IMG/VR virus record: IMGVR_UViG_3300021519_000014
Span: 1 to 53,474 of that record
Direction: 5' to 3' (one strand)
From: a virus
Taxonomy: Duplodnaviria > Caudoviricetes
DNA: 53,474 nt
A program made the position numbers and the translations under genes. This document shows, one piece after another, positions 1 to 8,361 of the stretch. How positions within the stretch are numbered: the stretch's first letter is position 1; every line of letters begins with the position of its first letter. The notes beneath the pieces are model-generated. The model saw only the letters and a program-made list of their open reading frames with translations. It did no database searches and was not told the origin of the DNA.

Positions 1-569
1 GGGGGCGTCAGGCCACGTGTCACCGTCTCGTGCGAGCGCCGGCGGCGGATGTTGGTCACCATCGTGTAGGTGACGCCGTATTTCGTGGCCGCCGTGCCGT
101 GGTCGTCGGGGTCGAGGTAGATCGCGCGCACCTTCTCGTCGTCGCGGGGGGCGCCGCGGGGGATGTCTCCCTTGAAGGGCACGCGCGCGCCGACGCGGCG
201 GTTCTTGACGTGCAGCACCATCTGGTAGCTGAGGCCGTACCCGGCCGCGATCTCGTCGTAGGCCCGGGGGTCGGCCAAGATGCCCTTCACGACCTCGGGG
301 TCGAGGGACTGCCGCGCGCCGCGGGGGATGTCCCCCCCGAAGGCGACGTCCCCGTGCAGGCGCCGGGACTTGATCATGGCGATGGCCTGATACGTCATCC
401 CGCAGGCCTCCGCGATCTCCCGATACGGGCGCGCGTCGGCCAGCACCTCCCGCACGGCGTCGGGGGGCATCCGCTGTTTGAGCAGGGCCGCGATGTCGGA
501 GGCCTCCATGACCTCCCCCGCGCCGGGGGAGCGGGCAATGATCCACGGGTGCATGTCGTTCATCCTCAT
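1..569 (-). CDS. Protein with three tandem HTH-like repeats (3' end outside window; absent from the ORF track)
   Basis: Manual translation from ATG at 569 is open to the window edge: MRMNDMHPW...VLADARPYREIAEACGMTYQAIAMIKSRR...ILADPRAYDEIAAGYGLSYQMVLHVKNRR...IYLDPDDHGTAATKYGVTYTMVTNIRRRR; GC3-rich codons. Confidence 0.75.
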   Translation of the reverse strand, partial: MRMNDMHPWIIARSPGAGEVMEASDIAALLKQRMPPDAVREVLADARPYREIAEACGMTYQAIAMIKSRRLHGDVAFGGDIPRGARQSLDPEVVKGILADPRAYDEIAAGYGLSYQMVLHVKNRRVGARVPFKGDIPRGAPRDDEKVRAIYLDPDDHGTAATKYGVTYTMVTNIRRRRSHETVTRGLTP

Positions 570-690
570 GTTGGTTACGAAAAGTAAGAGACCGTCGGAC
601 TGAGTAGACGTGTTTTCGCAAACTTTCCTCTAAGGAGTTGCAAGATAGGCCGTCCGCCGCAGTGGCGCAACAGAGGGAAAGCGGTGCGGT

Positions 691-743
691 AATATATCTA
701 TATATATACTCTCTCTCTCTCTCTCTTTATATATATATATAGA
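691..743. repeat. AT-rich microsatellite block (TA)n-(CT)n-(TA)n
   Basis: aatatatctatatatatactctctctctctctctctttatatatatatataga, in an otherwise GC-rich window and between divergent genes. Confidence 0.9.
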
Positions 744-933
744 CGGTCTCTTTTCACCCGATCGATGCCCGGTTTCATTGCTTTTCAGGCAGAGACAACC
801 CCATCGGAAAATTAACGCGCTCAGGCCGCTTTCCGCGCTCGGCGCGGCACCTCGGCGACAGCCTGTCAGGCCCATTATACGAAAACCCCAACATACAGAC
901 GACGAGACATACGCACAGAGCCTCATTTTCCTG

Positions 934-964
934 TTTGACAGATTGTCAAAACAGGGGGTATAAG
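934..964 (+). promoter_or_regulatory. Sigma70-like early promoter with overlapping palindromic operator
   Basis: TTGACA (935-940), 18-nt spacer, TATAAG (959-964); perfect inverted repeat TTTGACA-gat-TGTCAAA (934-950). Confidence 0.65.
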
Positions 965-987
965 GGGGCATCAACAAGGAGATCGAG

Positions 988-1128
988 ATGGTTGTCACTG
1001 CCACCACCGCCGCCGAAGCCGCCGCCCTCGCCGCCCAGCTCCGCGTCCTCTACGCCAACACCGACTGGGCCGTCTGCATCCTGCGCCCCCTCTTCGAGGG
1101 TGAACTGTATCGCGTCATCGTCGGCTAA
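988..1128 (+). CDS. Small hypothetical early protein (46 aa; not in ORF track)
   Basis: AAGGAG RBS, ATG 988, MVVTATTAAEAAALAAQLRVLYANTDWAVCILRPLFEGELYRVIVG*, GC3-rich codons. Confidence 0.7.
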   Translation: MVVTATTAAEAAALAAQLRVLYANTDWAVCILRPLFEGELYRVIVG

Positions 1129-1133
1129 CCGAC

Positions 1134-1391
1134 ATGCACACCCTCACCGCCTACTGCCCCCTCGGCCTCGGCGAGATCGCAGTCGAGATCACCTACCGCT
1201 TCACCCCCGGGCGCCCGGCGCGGGGCCCCTCCTACGCCAGCGGCGGCGAGCCCGCCGATCCCCCGGAAGTCGAGTTCATCTCGGCCAGCACCACGATCAA
1301 CGACGATCTCGTCAAGCTGATGGTGACCGAGTGGGCCGAGGAGTGGATCGGCAACGACGGCTTCGACGAGGCAGTTGACAGGGCCTCCTGA
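1134..1391 (+). CDS. Hypothetical phage protein (85 aa)
   Basis: Tightly packed ORF, typical codon usage, natural composition. Confidence 0.7.
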   Translation: MHTLTAYCPLGLGEIAVEITYRFTPGRPARGPSYASGGEPADPPEVEFISASTTINDDLVKLMVTEWAEEWIGNDGFDEAVDRAS

Positions 1392-1424
1392 CTGCCCCAT
1401 ATTCAGGACATCGAATAGGAGATA
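1375..1424 (+). promoter_or_regulatory. Repeated early promoter + RBS block, copy 1
   Basis: TTGACA-17 nt-CATATT followed by gacatcgaatAGGAGata; near-identical to 2725-2774. Confidence 0.75.
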
Positions 1425-1428
1425 ACGA

Positions 1429-2334
1429 ATGTCTGACCTCAACGACCGCCTCGACGACATCTTCGGTGACGACCTCGCCAACGTGCCCTTCGGCAAGCCA
1501 AAGGCCCTCCCGCAGGACGCCGCCAGCGTCCGCATCCGCGAGACGACCCCGGAATTCGCCGAGCGGTGCCCCAAGTGCCGCGGCACCGGCAGCTTCACCA
1601 GCTACTCCGGGCGCCCGCTGGGCCAGTGCTTCGCCTGCAAGGGTAAGGGCAGCAAGACCTTCAAGACCAGCCCCGAGGCCCGCACGGCCGCCCGCCAGCG
1701 CACGGCCGTCGCCAAGGCCTCGGTCGTCGCCGACCATCAGGCCGAGCTGAAGTGGCTGGGCGACACCCTCGCCCGCCGCGACCGGCTCCCCGAGGGCTAC
1801 GCCACGATGCTGGCCGACTTCCAGACGCGCCTGCTGGGCGGCCACGCGCTGTCGGACAACCAGATGGCGGTGATCGCCAAGGGCATGGCCCGCAGCGCCC
1901 AGTGGGCTGTGGAGCGCGTCCAGAAGCAGGTTGAGCAGGCGGTGGCCCTTGACGTCACGGCCATCCGCACGGTGCTCCAGACCCGCAAGAAGGTCATGGT
2001 GGCGCTGTTCACGTTCAGCCTCGCCCCGGCTCACGGCAACAACCCGGGCGCGATCTACGTCAAGGACAACGGCGCGTACGTCGGCAAGATCCCCGCGGGC
2101 GCCTCGACCTTCGCTCCCGGCCGCGACTTCGACCAGAGCCGCCTCCCGGCCCTCGTCGAGGCGATGGCGGACCCGGCAGCGGCCGTGAAGGCCGACGCCG
2201 CCCGCCGCGCCCAGCAGCTGCTGGAGGATCCCGGCATGAGCATCCCCTGCGGCTGCTGCGGCCTGACCCTCACGAACCCCGAGAGCATCGCCCGCGGGAT
2301 CGGCCCGATCTGCGCCGGAAAGTGGGGGTTCTGA
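1429..2334 (+). CDS. Zinc-finger protein (DnaJ-like CxxCxGxG pair; C-terminal DUF6011-like domain)
   Basis: CPKCRGTG...CFACKGKG; C-terminal CGCCGLTLTNPESIARGIGPIC; AGGAG RBS. Confidence 0.7.
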   Translation: MSDLNDRLDDIFGDDLANVPFGKPKALPQDAASVRIRETTPEFAERCPKCRGTGSFTSYSGRPLGQCFACKGKGSKTFKTSPEARTAARQRTAVAKASVVADHQAELKWLGDTLARRDRLPEGYATMLADFQTRLLGGHALSDNQMAVIAKGMARSAQWAVERVQKQVEQAVALDVTAIRTVLQTRKKVMVALFTFSLAPAHGNNPGAIYVKDNGAYVGKIPAGASTFAPGRDFDQSRLPALVEAMADPAAAVKADAARRAQQLLEDPGMSIPCGCCGLTLTNPESIARGIGPICAGKWGF

Positions 2335-2555
2335 TGGCCCAACCCCCGCTCACCCCCGAGCAACGCCAGCGGCAGCGAGAGGGGATGCGCCGCTGGCAGG
2401 CCTCGCGCACCCTTGAAGAGAAGGAGGCCGCCAGCCTCAAGGCGCGAGAGAGATATCTCAAGACGCAGCAGGCGCGGCGCCAGAAGGCCGGCAAGTTGCG
2501 GGGGCGGATAGCCCTCCTCAACTGGGTCGTCTCCGACGACGAGGAAGACCGCTAG
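2334..2555 (+). CDS. Small basic hypothetical protein (paralog of next gene)
   Basis: TGATG coupling with upstream gene; LTPEQR...MRRWQASRT motif. Confidence 0.6.
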   Translation: MAQPPLTPEQRQRQREGMRRWQASRTLEEKEAASLKARERYLKTQQARRQKAGKLRGRIALLNWVVSDDEEDR

Positions 2556-2768
2556 ATGGCCAAGCTCACCCCCGGGCAGCGCGCGGAGAGCATGCGCCGC
2601 TGGCACGCCTCGCGCACCCCCGAAGAGCGGCGGGCCGTCGGGTTCAAGGGGTACATGACGCGCCAGAAGAACCGAGGCCTTACGGGGAGGCTGGTCGCCT
2701 CCAGCTGGGACCTCGACGACGAGGTTGACGACGCCTCCGGACTGCCCCATAATCGAGACATCGAATAG
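2556..2768 (+). CDS. Small basic hypothetical protein (paralog of previous gene)
   Basis: Abuts previous stop; LTPGQR...MRRWHASRT motif. Confidence 0.6.
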   Translation: MAKLTPGQRAESMRRWHASRTPEERRAVGFKGYMTRQKNRGLTGRLVASSWDLDDEVDDASGLPHNRDIE

Positions 2769-2774
2769 GAGATA
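2725..2774 (+). promoter_or_regulatory. Repeated early promoter + RBS block, copy 2
   Basis: TTGACG-17 nt-CATAAT followed by gacatcgaatAGGAGata. Confidence 0.75.
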
Positions 2775-2779
2775 TCATA

Positions 2780-3046
2780 ATGGCTCAGATCAGCACCCGC
2801 CGCGTCACTTGGAGTTCCATCGTCGGCGCGGCCGCCTTCCGCGAGGGCATCGAGGACTATCAGGCGGGCCGCGCCCCCGACTACGACAGGGACAAGAACT
2901 TCTGGCAGTACGAGCGCGGCCGGCAGTACGCCGCCGCCTGCGCCGGCCTCGGCCGCGCGCCGCAGCCCACTCGCAGCGGGCGCAGTGTCAGCCGGTTCGC
3001 CATCGCCGACTTCGGCCGCCAGTACGGCCCCAACGGCATCCTCTAG
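2780..3046 (+). CDS. Hypothetical phage protein (88 aa)
   Basis: AGGAG RBS, typical codon usage. Confidence 0.75.
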   Translation: MAQISTRRVTWSSIVGAAAFREGIEDYQAGRAPDYDRDKNFWQYERGRQYAAACAGLGRAPQPTRSGRSVSRFAIADFGRQYGPNGIL

Positions 3047-3058
3047 GGAGATAGGATC

Positions 3059-3244
3059 ATGATCAATCTGCTTACCGCCATCGACTACGAGGCCACGTAC
3101 TGGAAGTGGCTGAGGTACACCGCGGCCGCGCGCCGGCTCGACGCCCAGAACCCCGACGACACCCGCAAGGTGTTCACGCAGCTCTACCGTGCGCTTGCGG
3201 GCGACGACGTAGTCGTCCGCTTCCCCGGCGAGAGGAGCCTGTGA
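3059..3244 (+). CDS. Hypothetical protein (61 aa)
   Basis: GGAG/AGGA upstream; stop overlaps next start. Confidence 0.65.
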   Translation: MINLLTAIDYEATYWKWLRYTAAARRLDAQNPDDTRKVFTQLYRALAGDDVVVRFPGERSL

Positions 3245-3600
3245 TGGACTACGCAGAGATCTGGGCCGAGGCGTGGACGGCCGGCATCATGGCCGGCCTC
3301 GCCTGCCGCCCCACCCCGATGGTCGTCGAGTATCACAAAAGCAAGACCCTGTACGTCGTCGAAATCGTCGACGACGGCGCCTGCGGCTTCGCTTGGATCA
3401 AGATCCGGCCCGCCAATGCCAAACTGGCGCGCTGGCTGAAGGCGCAGAAGCTCGGCCACAAAGCCTACAACGGCGGCTGGGACGTCAGCGTCCACGACTT
3501 CGGCCAGAGCTTGGAGCGCAAGGCAAGCGCCGCGCGCGCCACGGCCGCCGTGCTGGTCAAGCACGGCATCGACGCAACCTCTTACAACAGGATGGACTGA
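3244..3600 (+). CDS. Conserved-type hypothetical phage protein (118 aa)
   Basis: GAGGAG RBS, TGATG coupling; DDGACGFAWIKIRP motif resembles a widespread phage family. Confidence 0.7.
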   Translation: MDYAEIWAEAWTAGIMAGLACRPTPMVVEYHKSKTLYVVEIVDDGACGFAWIKIRPANAKLARWLKAQKLGHKAYNGGWDVSVHDFGQSLERKASAARATAAVLVKHGIDATSYNRMD

Positions 3601-3601
3601 A

Positions 3602-4936
3602 ATGGCCAAGATCGTTCGTATGCCGACGCAGGCGAAGGGCGGCATCACACCCGCCGAGAAGCAGTTGATGGACGAGCATGCGAAGCTCTGGATCTCCCGG
3701 GCGATGCGCACGGACCCCATCGAACCCGCCAAGATCGTTCCGGCAATCGAAGGCATATACGCCGCCGCCGGTTTGAAGAAGCCGCGCGTCGTCATCGTGC
3801 CGTCGCCTCTCGTCATGGCGTTCGCATACGGAGCTGCCGCCGCAATCTGGTACGCCCACACGGCGACCCGCGCGGCGACCCGCGCGGCGACCCGCGCGGC
3901 GACCCACGCGGCGACCGACGCGGCGACCGACGCGGCGACCGACGCGGCGACCCGCGCGGCGACCCGCGCGGCGACCCACGCGGCGACCCACGCGGCGACC
4001 TACGCGGCGACCGACGCGGCGACCTACGCGGCGACCTACGCGGCGACCGACGCGGCGACCCGCGCGGCGACCGACGCGGCGACCGGCGCGGCGACCTACG
4101 CGGCGACCCGCGCGGCGACCCGCGCGGCGACCCGCGCGGCGACCGACGCGGCGACCGACGCGGCGACCGACGCGGCGACCCGCGCGGCGACCGACGCGGC
4201 GATCTACGAGGCGACCGACGCGGCGATCTACGAGGCGACCGACGAGGCGACCCGCGCGGCCTGCTACGATCTGGCGGGGGCTTCTGGGTTAGCGTGCGCC
4301 TCTGAGTGGACGCGCGTTTATCAGGGTGGGAATACGTGGGCCCCATACGAGGCTTACTTGACCGCCGCCCGAGACATTTTGGGGCTGCGCCTGCCGCCGC
4401 ATACAGGCTACGCCGCGTGGGAACAGGCTGCGATCCACGGCGGCTTTCGGGTGATGCACCCGGAATTCTGCATTGTCTCGGACTTCCCTGAAATACTGAA
4501 GGTCGACGCGGAGAACCGGCCCCACTGTGAGACGGGCCCCTCGCATCGGTGGCGCGACGGGTGGTCGCTTTATCATTGGCACGGCGTGAAGATCCCGGCC
4601 GAGTGGATTGAAAACAAGGCCTCGCTCACGGCGAAGACCGCGTTGACGTGGCCCAACGTCGAGCAGCGCCGCGCGGCTTGCGAGATATTGAGCTGGGCCG
4701 TGGTCTTGAAAGAACTGAAGGCCAAGACAATTGACCGCGACGACGACCCTGAGATCGGCGAGCTTGTCGAAGTAACGCTCGAAGGCAGCCGCGAGAGGTT
4801 CATCAAAGTATTGTGCGGAACTTCGCGTGAATTTGCGTTGCCGGTGCCCCCCGAAACCAAAACGGCGTTGGAAGGGAATGCTTGGTCCTACGGCGTCGAA
4901 CCTGATCTTCTCAAGCACATCGAAGTGAGGACGTGA
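3602..4936 (+). CDS. DUF6745-like protein with internal tetrapeptide repeat array
   Basis: C-terminal ENRPHCETGPSHRWRDGWSLYHWHGV...NVEQRRA pattern; central (ATxA)n array. Confidence 0.7.
   Translation: MAKIVRMPTQAKGGITPAEKQLMDEHAKLWISRAMRTDPIEPAKIVPAIEGIYAAAGLKKPRVVIVPSPLVMAFAYGAAAAIWYAHTATRAATRAATRAATHAATDAATDAATDAATRAATRAATHAATHAATYAATDAATYAATYAATDAATRAATDAATGAATYAATRAATRAATRAATDAATDAATDAATRAATDAAIYEATDAAIYEATDEATRAACYDLAGASGLACASEWTRVYQGGNTWAPYEAYLTAARDILGLRLPPHTGYAAWEQAAIHGGFRVMHPEFCIVSDFPEILKVDAENRPHCETGPSHRWRDGWSLYHWHGVKIPAEWIENKASLTAKTALTWPNVEQRRAACEILSWAVVLKELKAKTIDRDDDPEIGELVEVTLEGSRERFIKVLCGTSREFALPVPPETKTALEGNAWSYGVEPDLLKHIEVRT
3863..4258 (+). repeat. 12-bp tandem repeat, ~33 units (gcgaccNNcgcg) encoding ATxA
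   Basis: Read directly; variable codon cgc/cac/gac/tac/ggc; last units degenerate (AIYE, ATDE). Confidence 0.95.
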
Positions 4937-5277
4937 ACATGAAGACTTTTAACAACCTCTGCGCGCAGGGTGACATTTTGATCCAGCGCGTCGACAAGCT
5001 GCCCCCCGGCGTCGTGCCGGTGGCCCCCGAGAACGGCCGTGTGATCGTGACCCACAGCGAGACGGGCCACCATCACGTCATGCTGGCCGAGCGGACCAAG
5101 GCCTACAAGCTGCCTGACGCGATCATGGACATCTTCCTCACCGTCGAGGAGGGCGACACGCTGGAGCACCTGCGGGCGCACGACACCCACGAGAGCATCC
5201 TCTTCAAGCCCGGCATCTATCACGTCCGGCGCCAGCGAGAGTACACGCCGGAAGGCTTTCGGCGCGTGGAGGACTGA
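4933..5277 (+). CDS. His-rich small protein, likely partner of the DUF6745-like gene
   Basis: AQGD...HSETGHHH...HDTHE...PGIYHVRRQREY; overlaps upstream stop (start 4933 GTG or 4939 ATG). Confidence 0.75.
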   Translation: MNMKTFNNLCAQGDILIQRVDKLPPGVVPVAPENGRVIVTHSETGHHHVMLAERTKAYKLPDAIMDIFLTVEEGDTLEHLRAHDTHESILFKPGIYHVRRQREYTPEGFRRVED

Positions 5278-5280
5278 ATC

Positions 5281-5589
5281 ATGCGCGGACCTCACCCCCA
5301 CCTCAACCCGTGCATCATAGAGGGAAAGGAGCGCCAGCAGCTGCAGGCTGCCATCGACCGCCTTGAGCGGCTGAAGGACAAAGAGTGGTGCCACGACGCC
5401 CTGCTCGTCCTCGACGCCGCCCGGAAGCATCTGGAGACGCTGCCCCAGCCCGCTATCAAGTTCAGGGTGACGGCGACTCGCGGGGAACGGGCGCGGCGTA
5501 GAGATTTCGACACCCGGTATGACGCTGTCGCGTGGGTCACGACCAACCTCTGGGTCTACAACAGCTTCAGCATCGACGAGGTCGAGTGA
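5281..5589 (+). CDS. Hypothetical protein (102 aa)
   Basis: GGAGG RBS, operon packing. Confidence 0.65.
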   Translation: MRGPHPHLNPCIIEGKERQQLQAAIDRLERLKDKEWCHDALLVLDAARKHLETLPQPAIKFRVTATRGERARRRDFDTRYDAVAWVTTNLWVYNSFSIDEVE

Positions 5590-5846
5590 TGCTGACCATC
5601 CACGACTGCACTTTTCAGGTGAGCTGGAAAGGCTGGGGGCCGTTCACGCCGCACGCCGAGCGCGTGGCGGTGGGCATCATGGTCGAGCTGCAGGAGATGA
5701 GCCCCGAGGGCGTCCAGCGGCTCGCGCGGTCCCCGCGCGAGCTGACCCTGACCGGGCGCGTCGCGCGCGCCCACCTCGCCGTCATCCTCGCACACCGCAA
5801 GCGGGCCACGCCCAAGCACGCCGACATCGTTCTGGAGGCCCTGTGA
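5589..5846 (+). CDS. Hypothetical protein (85 aa)
   Basis: TGATG coupling; MLTIHDCTF... Confidence 0.6.
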   Translation: MLTIHDCTFQVSWKGWGPFTPHAERVAVGIMVELQEMSPEGVQRLARSPRELTLTGRVARAHLAVILAHRKRATPKHADIVLEAL

Positions 5847-6082
5847 CCAGCGTCCCCGCGCCGGGCGACCCTCGCCGGCTTGCCCGGATTGGGCACCTGC
5901 TCTACGGCGCGCAGCACATCGAGTATCTTTCTCGCATCCTCGGTGTCGACCGCAAGACCGTGTACCGCTGGCGCCGCGGCGTCACGCCCGTCCCCGGCTA
6001 CGTCTGGGAGCCGCTCAAGGTCGCGCTGATGAAGCGCCGCAACGACATCGGCATCGTATTGGAGGGGATCGACAGTGAGTGA
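5843..6082 (+). CDS. Small HTH DNA-binding protein (Cro/Xre-like)
   Basis: GGAGG RBS, GTGA overlap; LSRILGVDRKTVYRWRRG helix-turn-helix pattern. Confidence 0.65.
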   Translation: MTSVPAPGDPRRLARIGHLLYGAQHIEYLSRILGVDRKTVYRWRRGVTPVPGYVWEPLKVALMKRRNDIGIVLEGIDSE

Positions 6083-6308
6083 CAAGATCGTGACCCGCTT
6101 CGTCCTCGCCGCGGGCATCGTCCTGCTCTGCGCGGGAGCCAGCTGGCAGGTGCAGGAGTGGGACGGTGCGGCGTGGGCCCCGGCCGTCACGCCCAAGGGC
6201 CACACGGTGGTCGTCAACGCCGAGAAGACGGCCTGCGAGCTGGACCTCGCGAGCCTCTCGACGGTCAAGCCGTCGGGGACCCGCCTGCGGTGCGCCAAAA
6301 CGAAGTGA
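6075..6308 (+). CDS. Small exported/membrane protein (77 aa)
   Basis: N-terminal hydrophobic stretch FVLAAGIVLLCAGA; GGAGG RBS. Confidence 0.6.
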   Translation: MSDKIVTRFVLAAGIVLLCAGASWQVQEWDGAAWAPAVTPKGHTVVVNAEKTACELDLASLSTVKPSGTRLRCAKTK

Positions 6309-6318
6309 GGAATACGTC

Positions 6319-6828
6319 ATGGCTTTGCATGAGCAATCCGTAGGTGCTTCTGACGAGTGGTATACACCGCCGCATGTTTTCGCCGCGCTGGGCGAACAGT
6401 TCGACGTCGACGTTGCGTCCCCCGGCGCTGGGATCGTGCCGTGGATACCGGCGCAGTCCTGTATAACAGCGCGAAGCTTGACCGAAACATGGGCCGGGTT
6501 TGTGTGGATGAACCCTCCGTTTGGCGGCCGTAATGGGCTGGTGCCGTGGCTCGATAAATTTGTGAAGCACGGCAACGGCGTGTGTCTGGTACCCGACAGA
6601 ACATCGGCGCCGTGGTGGCAGCAGTGGGCTCCTGTTATGGGCGCGGTTCTGTTTGTCAGCCCGAAGCTGAAGTTCATTTCCGCCAAAGGTGTCGCGGGTA
6701 AAAGCCCTGCGCAGGGAACGTGCCTCGGCGGAATAGGCCCTCGGGGTGTTGTTGCTGTGACGCGCGCAGCCGCTACTCTCGGGGTGTTGATGACCCCTCA
6801 AACACCGCGTCCTGCACCTCGGCTTTGA
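6319..6828 (+). CDS. Phage DNA N6-adenine methyltransferase (Dam-phage type)
   Basis: DEWYTPP, FDVDVAS and catalytic WMNPPF motifs; GAGG RBS before ATG 6319. Confidence 0.85.
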   Translation: MALHEQSVGASDEWYTPPHVFAALGEQFDVDVASPGAGIVPWIPAQSCITARSLTETWAGFVWMNPPFGGRNGLVPWLDKFVKHGNGVCLVPDRTSAPWWQQWAPVMGAVLFVSPKLKFISAKGVAGKSPAQGTCLGGIGPRGVVAVTRAAATLGVLMTPQTPRPAPRL

Positions 6829-8107
6829 ACGTGAGGCGCGGGTAGACCGTGTCCTCCTCGACAGTGTCGACGGCGACGGTCGCGTAGCTGATCGTCTCCG
6901 GGGCCTTCTGGCCCTCGCGGGCCAGCCGCATGATCGTCTGGTCAAAATGGTCGAGCGACCACGGCAGCGAACACCAGCAGACCACATGCCCGCCGAATTG
7001 AAGATTAAGCCCGTGGCTGAATGCCGCCGGATGCGCGATCAGCACGCGCAGCCGCCTTGCGTTCCAATCCTCGACGGCCGCAGCGGCGACCTTGCGCGTC
7101 GTGCCGCTCCCCAGCACCGGCGCATCAGGATAGCGCAGCCGCAGCTCGTCGAGCTGCTCCCGGTAGTCGTAGACGAGCAGCACGGGCGACGTCTGCACGT
7201 CCACAACATCGCAGATGGCGTCGACGCGGAACATGTCGAGGCGCTTGCCTTCACCCGTCTCGTCGTAGACGAAGCCGGCGCAGACCTGCCGCATCTTGTT
7301 GACGACCTGCGCCCGGCCGCCGGGCATCATGACCTCGCCCTCGATGTCGGCGACGCTCGTCTTGTCGAGTTCCTCGTAGACGCGCCGGATGTCGGGGGGC
7401 AGGTCGACCGGAACCTTGACGTGGCGCACGGGAGGCGGCGCCCAGTTCTCAGGCGACAGGATGAACGTCATGTCGGAGATCTTCGCGAGCGTCTTCTCCA
7501 GCGTCCCCTTGCGGCACTTCCACACGTTCTCCGTCTGCTCCCACATGTTCGCCGCGCGCCACTTGACCCAGTCGCGGCCGAGCCTGCGGCCGTGGTCGAT
7601 GATGCGCGTCTGCGCGAACAGGTCTTCGGGCCCGTTGGGTACGGGCGACCCGGTGAGGCCGATGCGGACCTTCATGTGATCCGTATGCTTCAGCGTCGGG
7701 CGCCACTTTGCGCTGGTGGGCCCCTTGAACTTCGACAGCTCGTCGACCACGAGACAGTCGAAGGCCTTGCTGTGCTTCTCAAGGAAGTCGACGAGGTTCT
7801 CATGGTTCACGACGACGATGTCGCCCTCGGCCGCATCACGCTCAGCAGGCGTGCCCGTCGCGACGGCGATCCGCAGGTGTCGCAGGTGTTCCCACTTCGC
7901 GCCCTCCTGCTGCCACACCAGTTCAGCGACGCGCAGAGGCGCCGTCACCAGCACACGGCGCACGGTGCCGTCGGCGAGCATCTCGCTCAACGCCGTCAGC
8001 GTAACCAAAGTCTTTCCGGCACCCGGGCGAGCAAAAATCATGCTCTCGTTGCGTTCGTAGATGTGTGTGATTGCCTGCTGCTGTACAGGCCTGATTGCTA
8101 CGGACAT
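6773..8107 (-). CDS. SNF2-like superfamily 2 helicase
   Basis: Walker A ARPGAGKT, VVDELS (motif II), LTGSP (III), SHGLNLQ (V), QTIMRLAREGQ (VI). Confidence 0.9.
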   Translation of the reverse strand: MSVAIRPVQQQAITHIYERNESMIFARPGAGKTLVTLTALSEMLADGTVRRVLVTAPLRVAELVWQQEGAKWEHLRHLRIAVATGTPAERDAAEGDIVVVNHENLVDFLEKHSKAFDCLVVDELSKFKGPTSAKWRPTLKHTDHMKVRIGLTGSPVPNGPEDLFAQTRIIDHGRRLGRDWVKWRAANMWEQTENVWKCRKGTLEKTLAKISDMTFILSPENWAPPPVRHVKVPVDLPPDIRRVYEELDKTSVADIEGEVMMPGGRAQVVNKMRQVCAGFVYDETGEGKRLDMFRVDAICDVVDVQTSPVLLVYDYREQLDELRLRYPDAPVLGSGTTRKVAAAAVEDWNARRLRVLIAHPAAFSHGLNLQFGGHVVCWCSLPWSLDHFDQTIMRLAREGQKAPETISYATVAVDTVEEDTVYPRLTFKAEVQDAVFEGSSTPRE

Positions 8108-8361
8108 ATGCTTTCAAAATCCAATACGTTATCGATGACGTGTACTTCAAATCCTAATGCACGCAGCCGCGAATGCCAAGCCGCCTGCAGCGGCGTCGGC
8201 TTCTTGCCGGGTGCCTTGAATTCGATGAACACGACGCGGCCGCCGGCGGACAGCATGAGACGGTCTGGGACACCCGGATACCCCTGAACTTCAAGTTTCC
8301 AGAACACATGCCCGCGGGCTTTGGCGAACTTCCGGCACTTCGCTTCTATGTGCTTTTCCAC
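8098..8361 (-). CDS. VRR-NUC domain nuclease
   Basis: EKHIE...GVPDR...FIEFKAPG..PTPLQ signature; adjacent to the helicase. Confidence 0.9.
   Translation of the reverse strand: MEKHIEAKCRKFAKARGHVFWKLEVQGYPGVPDRLMLSAGGRVVFIEFKAPGKKPTPLQAAWHSRLRALGFEVHVIDNVLDFESICP

Noticed and set aside
30-587. 185-aa + strand ORF
   Set aside because: Antisense shadow of the - strand HTH-repeat gene, which has better codon usage and motifs.
630-1007. ORFs across the intergenic region
   Set aside because: They run through microsatellite and promoter sequence with atypical composition.
3863-4258. Possible CRISPR array or DGR target
   Set aside because: In-frame 12-bp units with no spacers; no reverse transcriptase or template repeat seen.
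6947-8287. Long antisense ORFs here and opposite the capsid, portal and tail genes
   Set aside because: Expected shadows of GC3-rich genes; no motifs.
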